From: Nitrospinales bacterium
GTDB lineage: Bacteria > Nitrospinota > Nitrospinia > Nitrospinales > VA-1
NCBI GenBank assembly: GCA_965223795.1
Contig: CBDCXL010000002.1
Coordinates: forward strand, 2,496,001-2,560,000
Direction: 5' to 3'
DNA: 64,000 nt
In this document: positions 46,569-56,568 of the stretch, in pieces
Layout: the number at the start of each line of letters is the position of its first letter
Position numbering within the stretch: the first letter of the stretch is position 1
Notes under the pieces: model-generated
What the model was told of the DNA's origin: nothing
The model's input: the letters and a program-made list of their open reading frames with translations, nothing else
Databases searched by the model: none
Translations under genes and position numbers: made by a program

Positions 46569-47492
46569 TCACGGATTTTTGGAGATTTTTTGTTCGGCGC
46601 CGGAGATTTTGCGGAACTCCCGCAGCACGTTTTTCATGGCCGAGCGGGAGAGTTCCTCCTTGTTCAGCCAGTGGGTCTGCCCGCCGGCGAAGAAATTCCG
46701 CAGGTTGGGCGTCTGGGAGCCGACGAAACGGGCGCCCCAGATCACCTCTCCGGTGGTCTTGCTGACCAGAAAGGCGCCGAATTCGACGCCGCTGGAAAGG
46801 CTTTCCTTGAGCTTGCCGCGGTTGTCGATGTAATGGTCCATGTACTTGGTCACTGCCCCGATGAGCACCGCGTCCACGTGTTCGTCGGCGTAGGGCAGCT
46901 CCGTCAGCAGCACCTCTTTCTTCGGCATTCCGGAGGACGGGGCGGGGCGGCTCTTGGTGATCTTCAGGCGGGCGTCCTCCCGGCCCTTGGCCGGCGGGAT
47001 GACGCGGAACTGGCCGTAGCGCTGCAATTCCTGAAACACCTGGCTTGCGACCACGTATCCGGCGTTCTCGTCCTTGAACAGGCCTGTGGTTTTGTTTTCA
47101 AAACCGGCGACGCCGATATTTCGGGTCTTGACGAACGCCTGCTGGTTGAATATTTTGCTCTGGACTTTGTCCACCGGCGGCAGGGACAACAATTCCCTGT
47201 AATATTTAGGGAAATCCTCGCCACGGGCGAAGTTTTTTATATAATCGGGAAAAGGATGCGGCTCGTTGATTTCCGGCGTCAGGTTGGGAAACAGCGATTT
47301 GTGAGGCGGCCGCTTGGTGTCGTTCAACGGATTGTAGCCCAGCGTTTCGTCGGTGTCCGAATCGTTGAACTGCTGGAACGCGTCTCCGATGGGAGTCGCC
47401 TGGACGGCGCCGGGCCATGTGGAAACGAGGGCCAGGGCGGCGAAAGCCGAAAATCCCATACACAGGGCCCACTGATGCGGTCTGTTGAACAC
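46569..47492 (-). CDS. Secreted hypothetical protein with TolB-N/CsgG-like alpha/beta region
   Basis: Signal-like segment; NIGVAGFEN...VDAVLIGAVTKY...LVSKTTGEVIW. Confidence 0.7.
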   Translation of the reverse strand: MFNRPHQWALCMGFSAFAALALVSTWPGAVQATPIGDAFQQFNDSDTDETLGYNPLNDTKRPPHKSLFPNLTPEINEPHPFPDYIKNFARGEDFPKYYRELLSLPPVDKVQSKIFNQQAFVKTRNIGVAGFENKTTGLFKDENAGYVVASQVFQELQRYGQFRVIPPAKGREDARLKITKSRPAPSSGMPKKEVLLTELPYADEHVDAVLIGAVTKYMDHYIDNRGKLKESLSSGVEFGAFLVSKTTGEVIWGARFVGSQTPNLRNFFAGGQTHWLNKEELSRSAMKNVLREFRKISGAEQKISKNP

Positions 47493-47810
47493 GAGTCTGC
47501 CTCCCCCTGATGGTGTGGACGGTGATTTTACAATCCCGATAATTCCAATATAGCACAGGCCCTATTGAATTCAACCGGGTTTGCGTGGACGGCGCGCGGC
47601 TTCGATGGCCCGTACGGGGCGGTTTCGCCGTTGGACGCCGAATGGCCTGAAAACGATTGAAAATCCGGACTTTTCTTTTTCATTGGCCGATTCCGCATGG
47701 CGGGTTCGGCCGCAGGGCGAAATCAAAGACCCGCAGCCGGCCCGTTCCGGATGGTTCAGTCGGGTCCGGCCTGCGTCCCTTGCAACCCTTTTTCTGATTA
47801 GGCGGCGACG

Positions 47811-49811
47811 ATGAATCCTTCCGGCAACCGGGCTTTCGACTGGGTGTCCGCCGGGTCCACGCCCTGGATCCTGGCGCTCCTGACCCTCACGGCGCTGGCG
47901 TTTTTCGCCGCGGCGCTGCTGCCCAAACTGAAAGTGCTGCTGAAAGCGGAGAAAGAGAACCGCTTCGATAAGCCGCTGCAGCGGATTGGGCACACGTTCA
48001 AGATCGCCTTTCTGCAGACCAAGCTGTTCAAGCACCAGCCGGCGGGGTGGATGCACGCCCTCATATTCTGGGGGTTTCTGGTCCTGCTGCTCAGGGCGTC
48101 GCATTTTTTCGTGATCGGCTTTTTTCCCGGCCTGCCGATCCCGCTGCCGGGGTTCGAGGCGGTGCACAATCTCTACATGCTGATCAAGGACGGGTTCGTG
48201 CTGCTGGTGCTGCTGGCGGCCACCTATGCGCTGTTCCGGCGGCTCATCCTGCGGCCGCCGCGGCTCACCCTGTCCGGCGAGGGAAACCTCATCCTGGTGC
48301 TGATCCTGATCATCATGGTCACGGACGTGGTGTTCGAAGCGGCGTATTTCGCCAAACACCCGGAAGCCGCCTCGATGTGGGAACCGCTGGGACTGGCGTT
48401 CGCGCCGCTGCTGGCGGCGGTTCCGGAGGGGGCGCGGGTGTTTCTGCACAACGGCGCTTACTGGGGTCATGTGGTGAGCATCCTGTTCTTTCTCACGCTG
48501 CTGCCGCGCAGCAAGCATTTTCACATCCTCACCTCCATCCCCAACGTGTTTTTCTCGCACGTGACGGGACGCGGCAACCAGATCGCACGCATCGATTTTG
48601 AAGACGAGAGCAAGGAGAGCTTTGGCGTCACGCGGATCCTGGATTTTTCCTGGAAGCAGCTTCTCGATCTGCACACCTGCACCGAATGCGGCCGCTGCGA
48701 TCTTGTGTGCCCGGCGCTCTCCAGCGGCAAACCGCTTTCGCCGAAAGAGCTGACGGTGGACCTCAGAAATCACCTGAACCGGGAGAGCGCGGGCCCCGAA
48801 AACATGGAGGGCGGCGCGCTGTTGGGAGGCGTGATCCAGGATGAGACGCTGTGGTCCTGCACCACCTGCGGCGCCTGCGAGGAGGAGTGCCCGGTGATGA
48901 TCGAGTACGTGAACAAGGTGGTGGACCTGAGGCGCGGCCTGGTGCTGAGCGAGGACCGTTATCCCGCCGAGTTCACGCGCGCGTTCAAATCGCTGGAGAC
49001 CAACAGCAACCCCTGGGGTTTCGGCAGAAACACCCGCGCGGACTGGGCGAAGGACCTCGACGTCAAAATCTGGGACAAGGCCAAGCCCACCGAGTACCTG
49101 TATTTCGTCGGCTGCAACGGCTCCTTCGACAACCGCGGCAAGCGGATCGCCGTGTCCGTGGTTCAGGCGCTCCAAAAAGCGGGCGTGGATTTTTCCATAC
49201 TGGGCATGGACGAAGGCTGCACGGGCGATCCGGCCCGGCGCGCGGGCAACGAGTACCTGTTCGAGATGCTGGCGACGCAGAACGCGGAAACTTTCAAGGC
49301 CCAGGGCGTGCGCAGGGTGATCACGCACTGCCCGCACTGCTTCAACTCGCTGCTCAACGAGTATCCCGACTTCGGCGTCGATCTGGAAGTGATCCATCAC
49401 AGCGAGCTGCTTGAGACCCTGATGCGCGAAGGCAAGATTGCGGCGGACGCGAAGGAAGCGGGGACGGTGGTGTACCACGACTCCTGCTATCTGGGCCGCC
49501 ACAACCAGCAATACGATCCGCCGCGCGGCGTGCTCGCGCAGGCGGCGGACGCGGATGCGCTCAAGGAAGTGGAAGCGAGCCGCGAGCGCGGCAGCTGCTG
49601 CGGCGCGGGCGGCGCACGCTTTCTGCTGGAAGAGAAAACCGGCACGCGCATGAGCCACAACCGCATCGACGAGCTGATGGCCGCCCAGCCGGACACCATC
49701 GCCGTGTCCTGCCCCTACTGCGTCCTCATGCTGGAGGACGGGCTCAAGGGAAAGGGATTGCAGGACAAAGTGAAGGTGAAGGACATCGGCGAGATCGTCG
49801 GCGGCACGTGA
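47811..49811 (+). CDS. Membrane-bound Fe-S oxidoreductase (FadF-like; TM + HdrD/GlpC CCG domains)
   Basis: TM region with HALIFWGF and SKHFH; CTECGRCDLVCP and CTTCGACEEECP; CTGDPARRAGNE, YHDSCYLGR, CCGAGG, CPYC. Confidence 0.92.
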   Translation: MNPSGNRAFDWVSAGSTPWILALLTLTALAFFAAALLPKLKVLLKAEKENRFDKPLQRIGHTFKIAFLQTKLFKHQPAGWMHALIFWGFLVLLLRASHFFVIGFFPGLPIPLPGFEAVHNLYMLIKDGFVLLVLLAATYALFRRLILRPPRLTLSGEGNLILVLILIIMVTDVVFEAAYFAKHPEAASMWEPLGLAFAPLLAAVPEGARVFLHNGAYWGHVVSILFFLTLLPRSKHFHILTSIPNVFFSHVTGRGNQIARIDFEDESKESFGVTRILDFSWKQLLDLHTCTECGRCDLVCPALSSGKPLSPKELTVDLRNHLNRESAGPENMEGGALLGGVIQDETLWSCTTCGACEEECPVMIEYVNKVVDLRRGLVLSEDRYPAEFTRAFKSLETNSNPWGFGRNTRADWAKDLDVKIWDKAKPTEYLYFVGCNGSFDNRGKRIAVSVVQALQKAGVDFSILGMDEGCTGDPARRAGNEYLFEMLATQNAETFKAQGVRRVITHCPHCFNSLLNEYPDFGVDLEVIHHSELLETLMREGKIAADAKEAGTVVYHDSCYLGRHNQQYDPPRGVLAQAADADALKEVEASRERGSCCGAGGARFLLEEKTGTRMSHNRIDELMAAQPDTIAVSCPYCVLMLEDGLKGKGLQDKVKVKDIGEIVGGT

Positions 49812-49829
49812 CGCCGGGAAAAAACTTTA

Positions 49830-50139
49830 GACAGGATGGACAGGATAAAAGCGAAGATGAAGGCTGAATAAAAAAGCAAAGACTAGAAAAGGAGTCTCGC
49901 GCTAAGACGCAAAGCCGCAAAGGAAAAAACTATTAAATAGTTCCTCTCCCCTGGAGGGAGAGGATTAAGGTGAGGGGGGAAAATAAAATAATAGAACAGG
50001 AAGAACAGGATAAAGTCAAAAAACTGTCATGCTGAGCTTGTCGAAGCATGACCCTGTCGCCCTTCGACAAGCTCAGGGTGACAGGATGGAAGAAAAACCA
50101 TTAAAAACCAGTCTCGCGCCAAGCCGCCAAGCCGCAATG
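49830..50139. repeat. Intergenic cluster of four short palindromic/REP-like repeat types
   Basis: GACAGGATGGACAGGAT-type x2; TCTCGCGCxAAGxCGCxAAGCCGCAA x2; hairpin TCCTCTCCC-CTGGA-GGGAGAGGA; 23-bp inverted repeat 50024-50046 / 50062-50084. Confidence 0.8.
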
Positions 50140-50572
50140 AAAACCGATTCCTGATTTAATTTTCCTTCCCTTCAGTTGTATTCGTTCAGGCATTGCGATG
50201 CATTCATTGGCTCGTGCTTCAGCGTGTTGCCCCCTCCTGCCGTTTTATCCGTTTTCCAAACTCGCCACTTCGGGCATGCGATTCTGTAAGGTTTTTCCTT
50301 CCAGTGACACTGTGCCCTGACTCCGAGTGTCCGTTCTGAACAGGACTCAATTAATTTTCAGGGATTTTCGCTGCCCGCGGGTCAGGGACGGGTGTGAAAA
50401 TTTTTGAAAAAACGGGCGTTTTTAAAATTACCGCGATCCGGGGATAGTGCTTGGGGATTGGCTCCTATATCACTACGGAGCTTTGTTATAATGGCGCTTC
50501 ACGTTTGGCCATGCTGCATCGCGCATCCCCCCGGACTGAACCGGTTGCGAACCTTGTTAGCGTTGGGCTCAA

Positions 50573-51556
50573 ATGAATTCGTTTAACATTCTCTTCACCA
50601 GCGTCGGGCGCAGGGTTGCTCTGCTCCGGCATTTCAGAAAAACGCTGCGGGACCTGGGCGTGCCGGGAGAAATCCACGCGACCGATCTCAGAAAGGATTC
50701 GCCGGCGTCGTTCGTGGCGGACCGTTATTTTCAGACGCCGCGGGTGAAAAGCCGCGACTACATCCCCTCGCTGCTGGAAATCTGCCGCAAGAACCGCATC
50801 AAGCTGCTCATCCCGCTCATCGACACCGAACTGAACCTGCTCGCCTCGAATGCGGAGGCGTTTCGCGATCTCGGGGTCACGCCGCTGGTCTCGTCGCTCA
50901 AAACCAATCGCATCTGCGCGGACAAGCGCAACACGTTCCGATTTTTCGAAAAGATCGGCGTGGACACGGCCAAGCTCTACGATCCGGAAGCGGTGCTTCA
51001 GGATCCGGACGCATCGTTCCCGCTGATCGTCAAGCCCGCCAGGGGCAGCGCCGGGGTGGGGGTGACGAAGGTCAACAACAAGGAAGAGTTGAAGTTCTTC
51101 AAGGACTACATCGCCAACTCGATGACCCAGGAGTACCTGGAAGGGGCGGAGTACACGCTGGATGTGCTGATCGACTTCAAGGGCAGGGTGCGCTCGGTGG
51201 TGCCGCGGCTGAGGATCGAAATCCGCGCGGGCGAGGTGAGCAAGGGCATCACGGTGAAAAACCAGCGGCTGATCGAGGAAGGCAAGCGGATCGCGGAAGC
51301 GCTGCCCGGCGCGCTGGGGGTGGTGACGCTGCAATGCTTCATCACGAAAAAGAAGCAGATCAAGTTCATCGAGATCAACCCGCGCTTCGGCGGCGGCATT
51401 CCGCTTTCGTTGAAATGCGGCGCCAATTTCCCCAAGTGGATCATCAAGATGATGCTCGGTGAGGATCCCAAGATCGCGATCGACGGCTGGAAAGAGGGCA
51501 GCGTGATGCTGCGCTACGACGACGCGATCTTCGTCAGCCGCGACGCCATCACGTGA
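50573..51556 (+). CDS. ATP-grasp ligase (CPS-large-subunit-like)
   Basis: NILFTSVGRR, IPLIDTEL, ICADK, IVKPARGSAG, QEYLEGAEYTLD, IEINPRFGGG. Confidence 0.9.
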   Translation: MNSFNILFTSVGRRVALLRHFRKTLRDLGVPGEIHATDLRKDSPASFVADRYFQTPRVKSRDYIPSLLEICRKNRIKLLIPLIDTELNLLASNAEAFRDLGVTPLVSSLKTNRICADKRNTFRFFEKIGVDTAKLYDPEAVLQDPDASFPLIVKPARGSAGVGVTKVNNKEELKFFKDYIANSMTQEYLEGAEYTLDVLIDFKGRVRSVVPRLRIEIRAGEVSKGITVKNQRLIEEGKRIAEALPGALGVVTLQCFITKKKQIKFIEINPRFGGGIPLSLKCGANFPKWIIKMMLGEDPKIAIDGWKEGSVMLRYDDAIFVSRDAIT

Positions 51557-51615
51557 TCGCATCGCCTGGGGAGAAGCCGTACACCGCAATCCAAAAACAA
51601 CCCGGACAGCCTTTC

Positions 51616-52317
51616 ATGATCAACGCGGTCGTATTCGATCTGGACGACACCCTGTTTGCCGAGCACGAATTCGTGCGCAGCGGTTTCTGCGCGGTGGGCG
51701 TCTGGGTCGAGCGCCGGTTCGCGCGGCGGGACTTTTTCCCGATCGCCTGGGAGCTGTTCCATAATGGCGAACGCACGCGCATCTTCGACCGCACTCTGGA
51801 TGCGTTATCGATCCCGCACGATCCGGAGCTGATCCAGGATATGGTGGACGTGTACCGGGACCATTTTCCGCGCCTCACGCTTTTAGAGGACGCGCGCGCG
51901 ATCCTTGATGCGGTCGAAGGCAAAAAGAAGCTCGGCATCATCACCGACGGGTTTTTGAACGCGCAGAAAAACAAGGTTAAGGCGCTGAAGCTGGAAGAAC
52001 GGTTCGATGCGATCGTCTATTCGGACCAGTTCGGCCGCGAAGGCTGGAAACCGAGCCCGCAGCCGTATCAGAAAATCATGGAGCTTTTGCGCTGCACCGG
52101 TCCGGAGTGCCTGTACGTGGGCGACAACCCGGCCAAGGATTTCGTCACCGCGAGAGCGCTGGGCTGGAAGACGGTTCAGATCAGCCGTGAAAACGGGGTG
52201 TACGCTTCGGTGGTCGCCAGGGACGCGGACCACGAGCCCGACGGCAAGATCGCCTCGCTTCTCGATCTCACGCACTATCTAGACCTTCCGGCTGATAAAA
52301 AACTCAAAACTCAGTAA
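51616..52317 (+). CDS. HAD-superfamily hydrolase
   Basis: VFDLDDTL, IITDG, KPSPQPY, YVGDNPAKDF; ATG at 51616, or GTG at 51553 overlapping the upstream stop. Confidence 0.92.
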   Translation: MINAVVFDLDDTLFAEHEFVRSGFCAVGVWVERRFARRDFFPIAWELFHNGERTRIFDRTLDALSIPHDPELIQDMVDVYRDHFPRLTLLEDARAILDAVEGKKKLGIITDGFLNAQKNKVKALKLEERFDAIVYSDQFGREGWKPSPQPYQKIMELLRCTGPECLYVGDNPAKDFVTARALGWKTVQISRENGVYASVVARDADHEPDGKIASLLDLTHYLDLPADKKLKTQ

Positions 52318-52358
52318 AAAAAGGGCGGGGAAAGCGACTGCTTTCTCCCGCCCCTTTT
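52316..52358. terminator. Bidirectional terminator between convergent genes
   Basis: A run, GGGCGGGGAAAGC-GACT-GCTTTCTCCCGCCC stem-loop, T run. Confidence 0.8.
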
Positions 52359-52394
52359 AACCGAGGTCTCCTCCTCGTTTGACTTCAAGCAAGT

Positions 52395-52901
52395 TTACTG
52401 GGTCATGCCGTTGGGTTTTTCGCCTTCCCACCATTTGCCCCATTTGATCGATGTCACGTTGCGCTTGAAGATGGGGGCCTGCCGGTAGTACGCGTCGTAG
52501 GCTCCGGACTGACGCATGGCGCCGTTGGCGAACCATTGCCGGTCGGGGAAATTTTCCAGGTTGAGGATCCAGACCGGCTTGTCGTCTTTTTTGGTGATGA
52601 CGAGGTAGCCCCGGTCCTTGCCGAACTCGGGGTTGCCGAACAGGGTCACGGTGGTTCCCGCCGGGCCGGACAGCACCAGAGTGTATTTGCCCGTGCGCGC
52701 GTAGCAGTCGTAGTGGCGCATGTCGACAACGTCGTCGCCCTTTTTGATGTGCATCAGCTCGTCGCAGGCGCTGTCGCCCTGGGAGTAGTGGATGTCGAGC
52801 CGGAGCTTGTCGAGCACGAGTTCGCTGTTGTTTTTGGCCAGGGCGGGGCTTGCGAGAAATGCGGTGATCATGATTGCCGCCAGGGTGGTTCGGATGTGCA
52901 T
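52395..52901 (-). CDS. Secreted hypothetical protein, paralogue of 60762-61283
   Basis: ATG at 52901 after GGAGGGAG; signal LASPALA; GPAGTTVTLFG, RNVTSIKWGKWW. Confidence 0.85.
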   Translation of the reverse strand: MHIRTTLAAIMITAFLASPALAKNNSELVLDKLRLDIHYSQGDSACDELMHIKKGDDVVDMRHYDCYARTGKYTLVLSGPAGTTVTLFGNPEFGKDRGYLVITKKDDKPVWILNLENFPDRQWFANGAMRQSGAYDAYYRQAPIFKRNVTSIKWGKWWEGEKPNGMTQ

Positions 52902-53114
52902 GTCTCCCTCCAAAGGAAAATGAATTGCGGAGTCTCCTCTCCCAAGAATCTTTGCATCAGTCCTTCGTGTGCCAGCCTGATCCAGTCGTCCTTCGACAAG
53001 CTCAGGACGACATGTCCGTGTGGATCGGCGCCCGTCCGGCTCATGCAAAATTTTCCTCTCCCGGGGATGGGGTCTCCCATCCCCCCTCCATCCTTACAAC
53101 GATCGGGAAAAAAA

Positions 53115-54533
53115 TCAACCGGCGGGAATGGCCGCGGCGGCGGCGTTCAGGCGGGCGCTGGCGGTTTCGCGGCCCAGAAGCTGCACCACGTCGTAGATGC
53201 CGGGGCTTTCCTTGCTGCCGGTGAGGGCGACGCGCACCGGCTGGGCGAGCTTGCCGAGCTTGAGGCCCCGCTCGGCGACGATCTCCTTGAAGGCGGTCTC
53301 GATCGAATCGTGGTTAAAGTCTTTTAAATTCAATATCTTATTGGATAAATCCTCAAGCAGCGGCTTCGCTTCCGGAGTGAGGAATTTCTGCCTGGCGGCA
53401 TCGTCGAATTCCACGTCCTTGCGGAAATAAAACGCGGCCTTGTGCGCCATCTCGACGAGGGTCTTGCTCCGCTCGTTGAGCGCCGGGATGACGCGGGCGA
53501 GGTCCTCGGGCTCGAACCCATGCCGCTGAGGCAGGATTTTCTCCTGGATCAGCACGGTTTCCAGGGTTTTGGCGAGTTCTTCCGGCGGCGTGGCCTTGAT
53601 GTACTGCTGGTTGAGCCAGTCGAGTTTTTCCGGGTTGAACACCGCCGCGGACAGGGTGACGTTCTCCAGGGAAAAATGTTCGATCAGCTCCTTGCGGGTG
53701 AAGATCTCCTGATCGCCGTGCGACCAGCCCAGCCGCACCAGATAGTTGACCAGCGCGTCGGGCAGGTAGCCCTGGTCGCGGTAGGCGAGGGTGGAGGTGG
53801 CCCCGTGGCGCTTGCTGAGCCGGGTCTTGTCGGTGCCCAGGATCAGGGAGATGTGGGCGAACTTCGGCCGGGGATACTCGAACGCGTCGTATAAAAGCGC
53901 CTGCCGCGGCGTGTTGGACAGGTGGTCGTCGCCGCGGATGACGTGGGAGATGCGCATGTCGGTGTCGTCCACCACGACGACGAAATTGTAGGTCGGGGTG
54001 CCGTCGCTGCGCTGGATGATGAGGTCGTCGAGCTCGGCCACGTCGAACACCACCTTGCCGCGCAGGACATCGTCCACGCTGATCGTTCCTTCGAGCGGCG
54101 TTTTGAAGCGCACCACGGAAGGAAGATCTTCGGGAACGTCGGTGCGGTTTCGGCATCGGCCGTCGTATTTGGGTTTCAATCCTTTTTTTTGCGCTTCTTT
54201 GCGGCGCGTTTCGAGTTCTTCTGGTGTACAATAACAGTGGTAGGCTTTCTCCTGCCGGAGGAGAAGCGCTATCTTTTCCTTATAGAGATTGGAACGCTCC
54301 GTCTGCCGGAAGGGGCCTTCGTCCCAATCGAGACCCAGCCAAAGCATTGCCTGCAGGATTTCATGGATCGATTGCTCCGTGGATCTGGATAAATCCGTGT
54401 CCTCGATACGCAGGATGAATTTTCCCTTGTGATGTCTGGCGAACAGCCAGTTGAACAATGCGGTCCGGACGCCGCCGATATGCAGCGTTCCCGTCGGGCT
54501 GGGTGCGAAACGCACGCGAATGGAATCGTTCAT
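53115..54533 (-). CDS. gltX: Glutamate-tRNA ligase
   Basis: RFAPSPTG, HIGG, LRIEDTD, CYC, RGDDHLSNT, RLSKR. Confidence 0.97.
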   Translation of the reverse strand: MNDSIRVRFAPSPTGTLHIGGVRTALFNWLFARHHKGKFILRIEDTDLSRSTEQSIHEILQAMLWLGLDWDEGPFRQTERSNLYKEKIALLLRQEKAYHCYCTPEELETRRKEAQKKGLKPKYDGRCRNRTDVPEDLPSVVRFKTPLEGTISVDDVLRGKVVFDVAELDDLIIQRSDGTPTYNFVVVVDDTDMRISHVIRGDDHLSNTPRQALLYDAFEYPRPKFAHISLILGTDKTRLSKRHGATSTLAYRDQGYLPDALVNYLVRLGWSHGDQEIFTRKELIEHFSLENVTLSAAVFNPEKLDWLNQQYIKATPPEELAKTLETVLIQEKILPQRHGFEPEDLARVIPALNERSKTLVEMAHKAAFYFRKDVEFDDAARQKFLTPEAKPLLEDLSNKILNLKDFNHDSIETAFKEIVAERGLKLGKLAQPVRVALTGSKESPGIYDVVQLLGRETASARLNAAAAAIPAG

Positions 54534-54696
54534 GAGCTTTTCTGGTTTCCTTTTGTAAAACCGCTGCCTAATTGGCCGGGGCGTGAGTGTGAAAGCGCTA
54601 CAGTAACAAATTCGCTGAAGTGATTGAAGTATTAAGATAACATATTATAGATGAACAGGTTAAAGGGTCCGCGCCGGTGGTCCGGGGCGCACCCGA

Positions 54697-55848
54697 GTGA
54701 AAGGGAGGAGCCCGGCATTGCGTAAAATCAATCCCGTCGCAGTCATCTTTTTGGTCTTCGGCCTGCTTTTGTTTGCGGCGAACTGGTACATCAAAAACCA
54801 CGTCGCCAAGCCGCTTCCGGAAGCAGCCACGAAAACGGTCGAATTCACCGGCAAGGTCGAGGTGCGCCAGCAATCGCTGCACTTTCAAACGCCCGGCAAG
54901 GTCGGAGACGTTCTGGTGTCGGTGGGCGATGTGGTGGAGAAGGATCAGACCGTGGCGCGGCTGGACAATCAGGAACTGGTGGACGAAGTGGCTCTGTTGA
55001 AGAAGAAGGTGCAGGACGCGCAGGCGGAGCTTGAAACGATGCTTTCCGGACTGGCGCCGGAAACATCCGCTCCCGCCGCCGTGACGCCGAAAGACGAAGA
55101 CCTGGAAACAAAGCACAGGGAGGAAATCTCCGTCGCCGAAACGGCGGTGGCGCACGCGCGGGACGAGATGGAAACCATGCGTCTGGAGGTGGCGCGCTAT
55201 GAAAAGATGTTCAAAGAAGGCACCGCTCCCGAAAAGGAATTGCAGAAAGCGAAATCGGATTTTGAGACCGCCAAAGCGCAGGTGAAGGAAGCGGAAGAGA
55301 TGCTGCGCGTGGTGAAGCAGGCGCCGCCGGTGGAACCGCCGCCGCCGACCAAGGTGGCGCTGGTGAAAGCGGCTCCCAAGGTGACAATGGCGCCGGCGGG
55401 CAAGGGGGCCGATGTTCAGCAGCGCCTCGCCCAGGCCAAAGCGGCGCTCGCCCAGGCGGAAGAAAAGCTCCGGCTGGCGGAAGTCGTGGCGCCCTTTCCC
55501 GGCCATATCATGGAACGGAGCCTCGACCCCGGTGAGTTCACGGTCGCCGGAACGCAGGTGGCGACGATCGGCAAGCTCGACCCGGTCTGGATCTGGGGCT
55601 ACGTGGACGGCGAGGACGGCGCCGCAATAAAAAAAGGCATGGAGGTGCTGGTCTCCTCGCGATCCCTGCAGGAAAAGGTTTTCTCCGGCAAAGTCGTGCA
55701 TGTCGCCGCCCCCAAACAGGCTCCGCAGGGCGCGGATGCGAAGCCGTCCGGCAAGAAGGGTTCCTATCACATCAAGGTGGCGGTTCCCAATCCGGATCTG
55801 CATCTGCAGCCGGGAATGGAAGCGAACGTGACAATCGAAATGAAGTGA
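54697..55848 (+). CDS. HlyD/YbhG-like periplasmic adaptor (membrane fusion protein)
   Basis: N-terminal TM, lipoyl-like halves (GKVGDVLVSVGDVV; APFPG), coiled coil, LQPGMEANV. Confidence 0.88.
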   Translation: MKGRSPALRKINPVAVIFLVFGLLLFAANWYIKNHVAKPLPEAATKTVEFTGKVEVRQQSLHFQTPGKVGDVLVSVGDVVEKDQTVARLDNQELVDEVALLKKKVQDAQAELETMLSGLAPETSAPAAVTPKDEDLETKHREEISVAETAVAHARDEMETMRLEVARYEKMFKEGTAPEKELQKAKSDFETAKAQVKEAEEMLRVVKQAPPVEPPPPTKVALVKAAPKVTMAPAGKGADVQQRLAQAKAALAQAEEKLRLAEVVAPFPGHIMERSLDPGEFTVAGTQVATIGKLDPVWIWGYVDGEDGAAIKKGMEVLVSSRSLQEKVFSGKVVHVAAPKQAPQGADAKPSGKKGSYHIKVAVPNPDLHLQPGMEANVTIEMK

Positions 55849-56105
55849 CAACCCGCGGGCACCCTCTGACGCAGTTGCATTCTGACTTTTCCGTCAAATT
55901 TCCCCCGTCCGTCAATAATCAGTGGCAGCGGACCCGCGCCGCGGCCGCAGGCTGAGTGGACGATCCCTTTATGCACAAAGGATTTTGCGCCGGACTTGCT
56001 TTTTTAGAATGACTGGTATATATTTTGCTTTTCCTTCCATGTAATGAATGAATTCCACGGCGGCCTCGCATCCGTCCGTTGGCCATTTTTTTTCAGGAGG
56101 GTGGG

Positions 56106-56318
56106 ATGAGCAAAGCGGAATCCTTGCAGGAGGCGTGTCACGACCATTCGTCCAGCGCCGTTCACAAGCGCAATCTGTTGTTGATCGCCAAGCAAAACGC
56201 ACGTCCGGGAATCTTTGAAGCTTTGGGGGCGTTCGACCGCAAGAAGGACGATGCGGAGCTGTTCGGCAACGACCAGTACCGCCGCATGATGAACACGCTC
56301 ATCCACCGCAGCCTTTGA
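56106..56318 (+). CDS. Small hypothetical protein (70 aa)
   Basis: AGGAGG RBS before ATG at 56106 (MSKAESLQ...). Confidence 0.6.
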   Translation: MSKAESLQEACHDHSSSAVHKRNLLLIAKQNARPGIFEALGAFDRKKDDAELFGNDQYRRMMNTLIHRSL

Positions 56319-56486
56319 TCCCGCGTCAAACCACCGTTTCCTGAGAAGTCTCACGCCTGATTTCTGCTTGCGACACGCAAGCATCCATCCGTGTTTTCAA
56401 TTTAAATTTTAAGGAAACTCCCAGTGGGGCAGGGATGGGGGAAGGCGGTTCTTGCTCGTCTTGCGGATTTGGAAGAAAAGACGCAC

Positions 56487-56518
56487 AAAAAGAAACAGCC
56501 GGCCATTTGGCCGGCTGT
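56487..56518 (-). terminator. Rho-independent terminator
   Basis: ACAGCCGGCCA-TT-TGGCCGGCTGT hairpin, followed by TTCTTTTT on the minus strand, downstream of 56569-57009. Confidence 0.75.
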
Positions 56519-56568
56519 CCCAGGGTAAGGGCTTCACTCGCCAAAGAAAAAGCCCTAACAGGTAAACC

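Noticed and set aside
47571..49658. Long antisense ORFs (695 aa here; also 13002-14726, 24770-26398, 2240-3577, 35810-37168, 69-650)
   Set aside because: Shadow frames opposite well-supported genes, expected from high GC3; no recognisable motifs.
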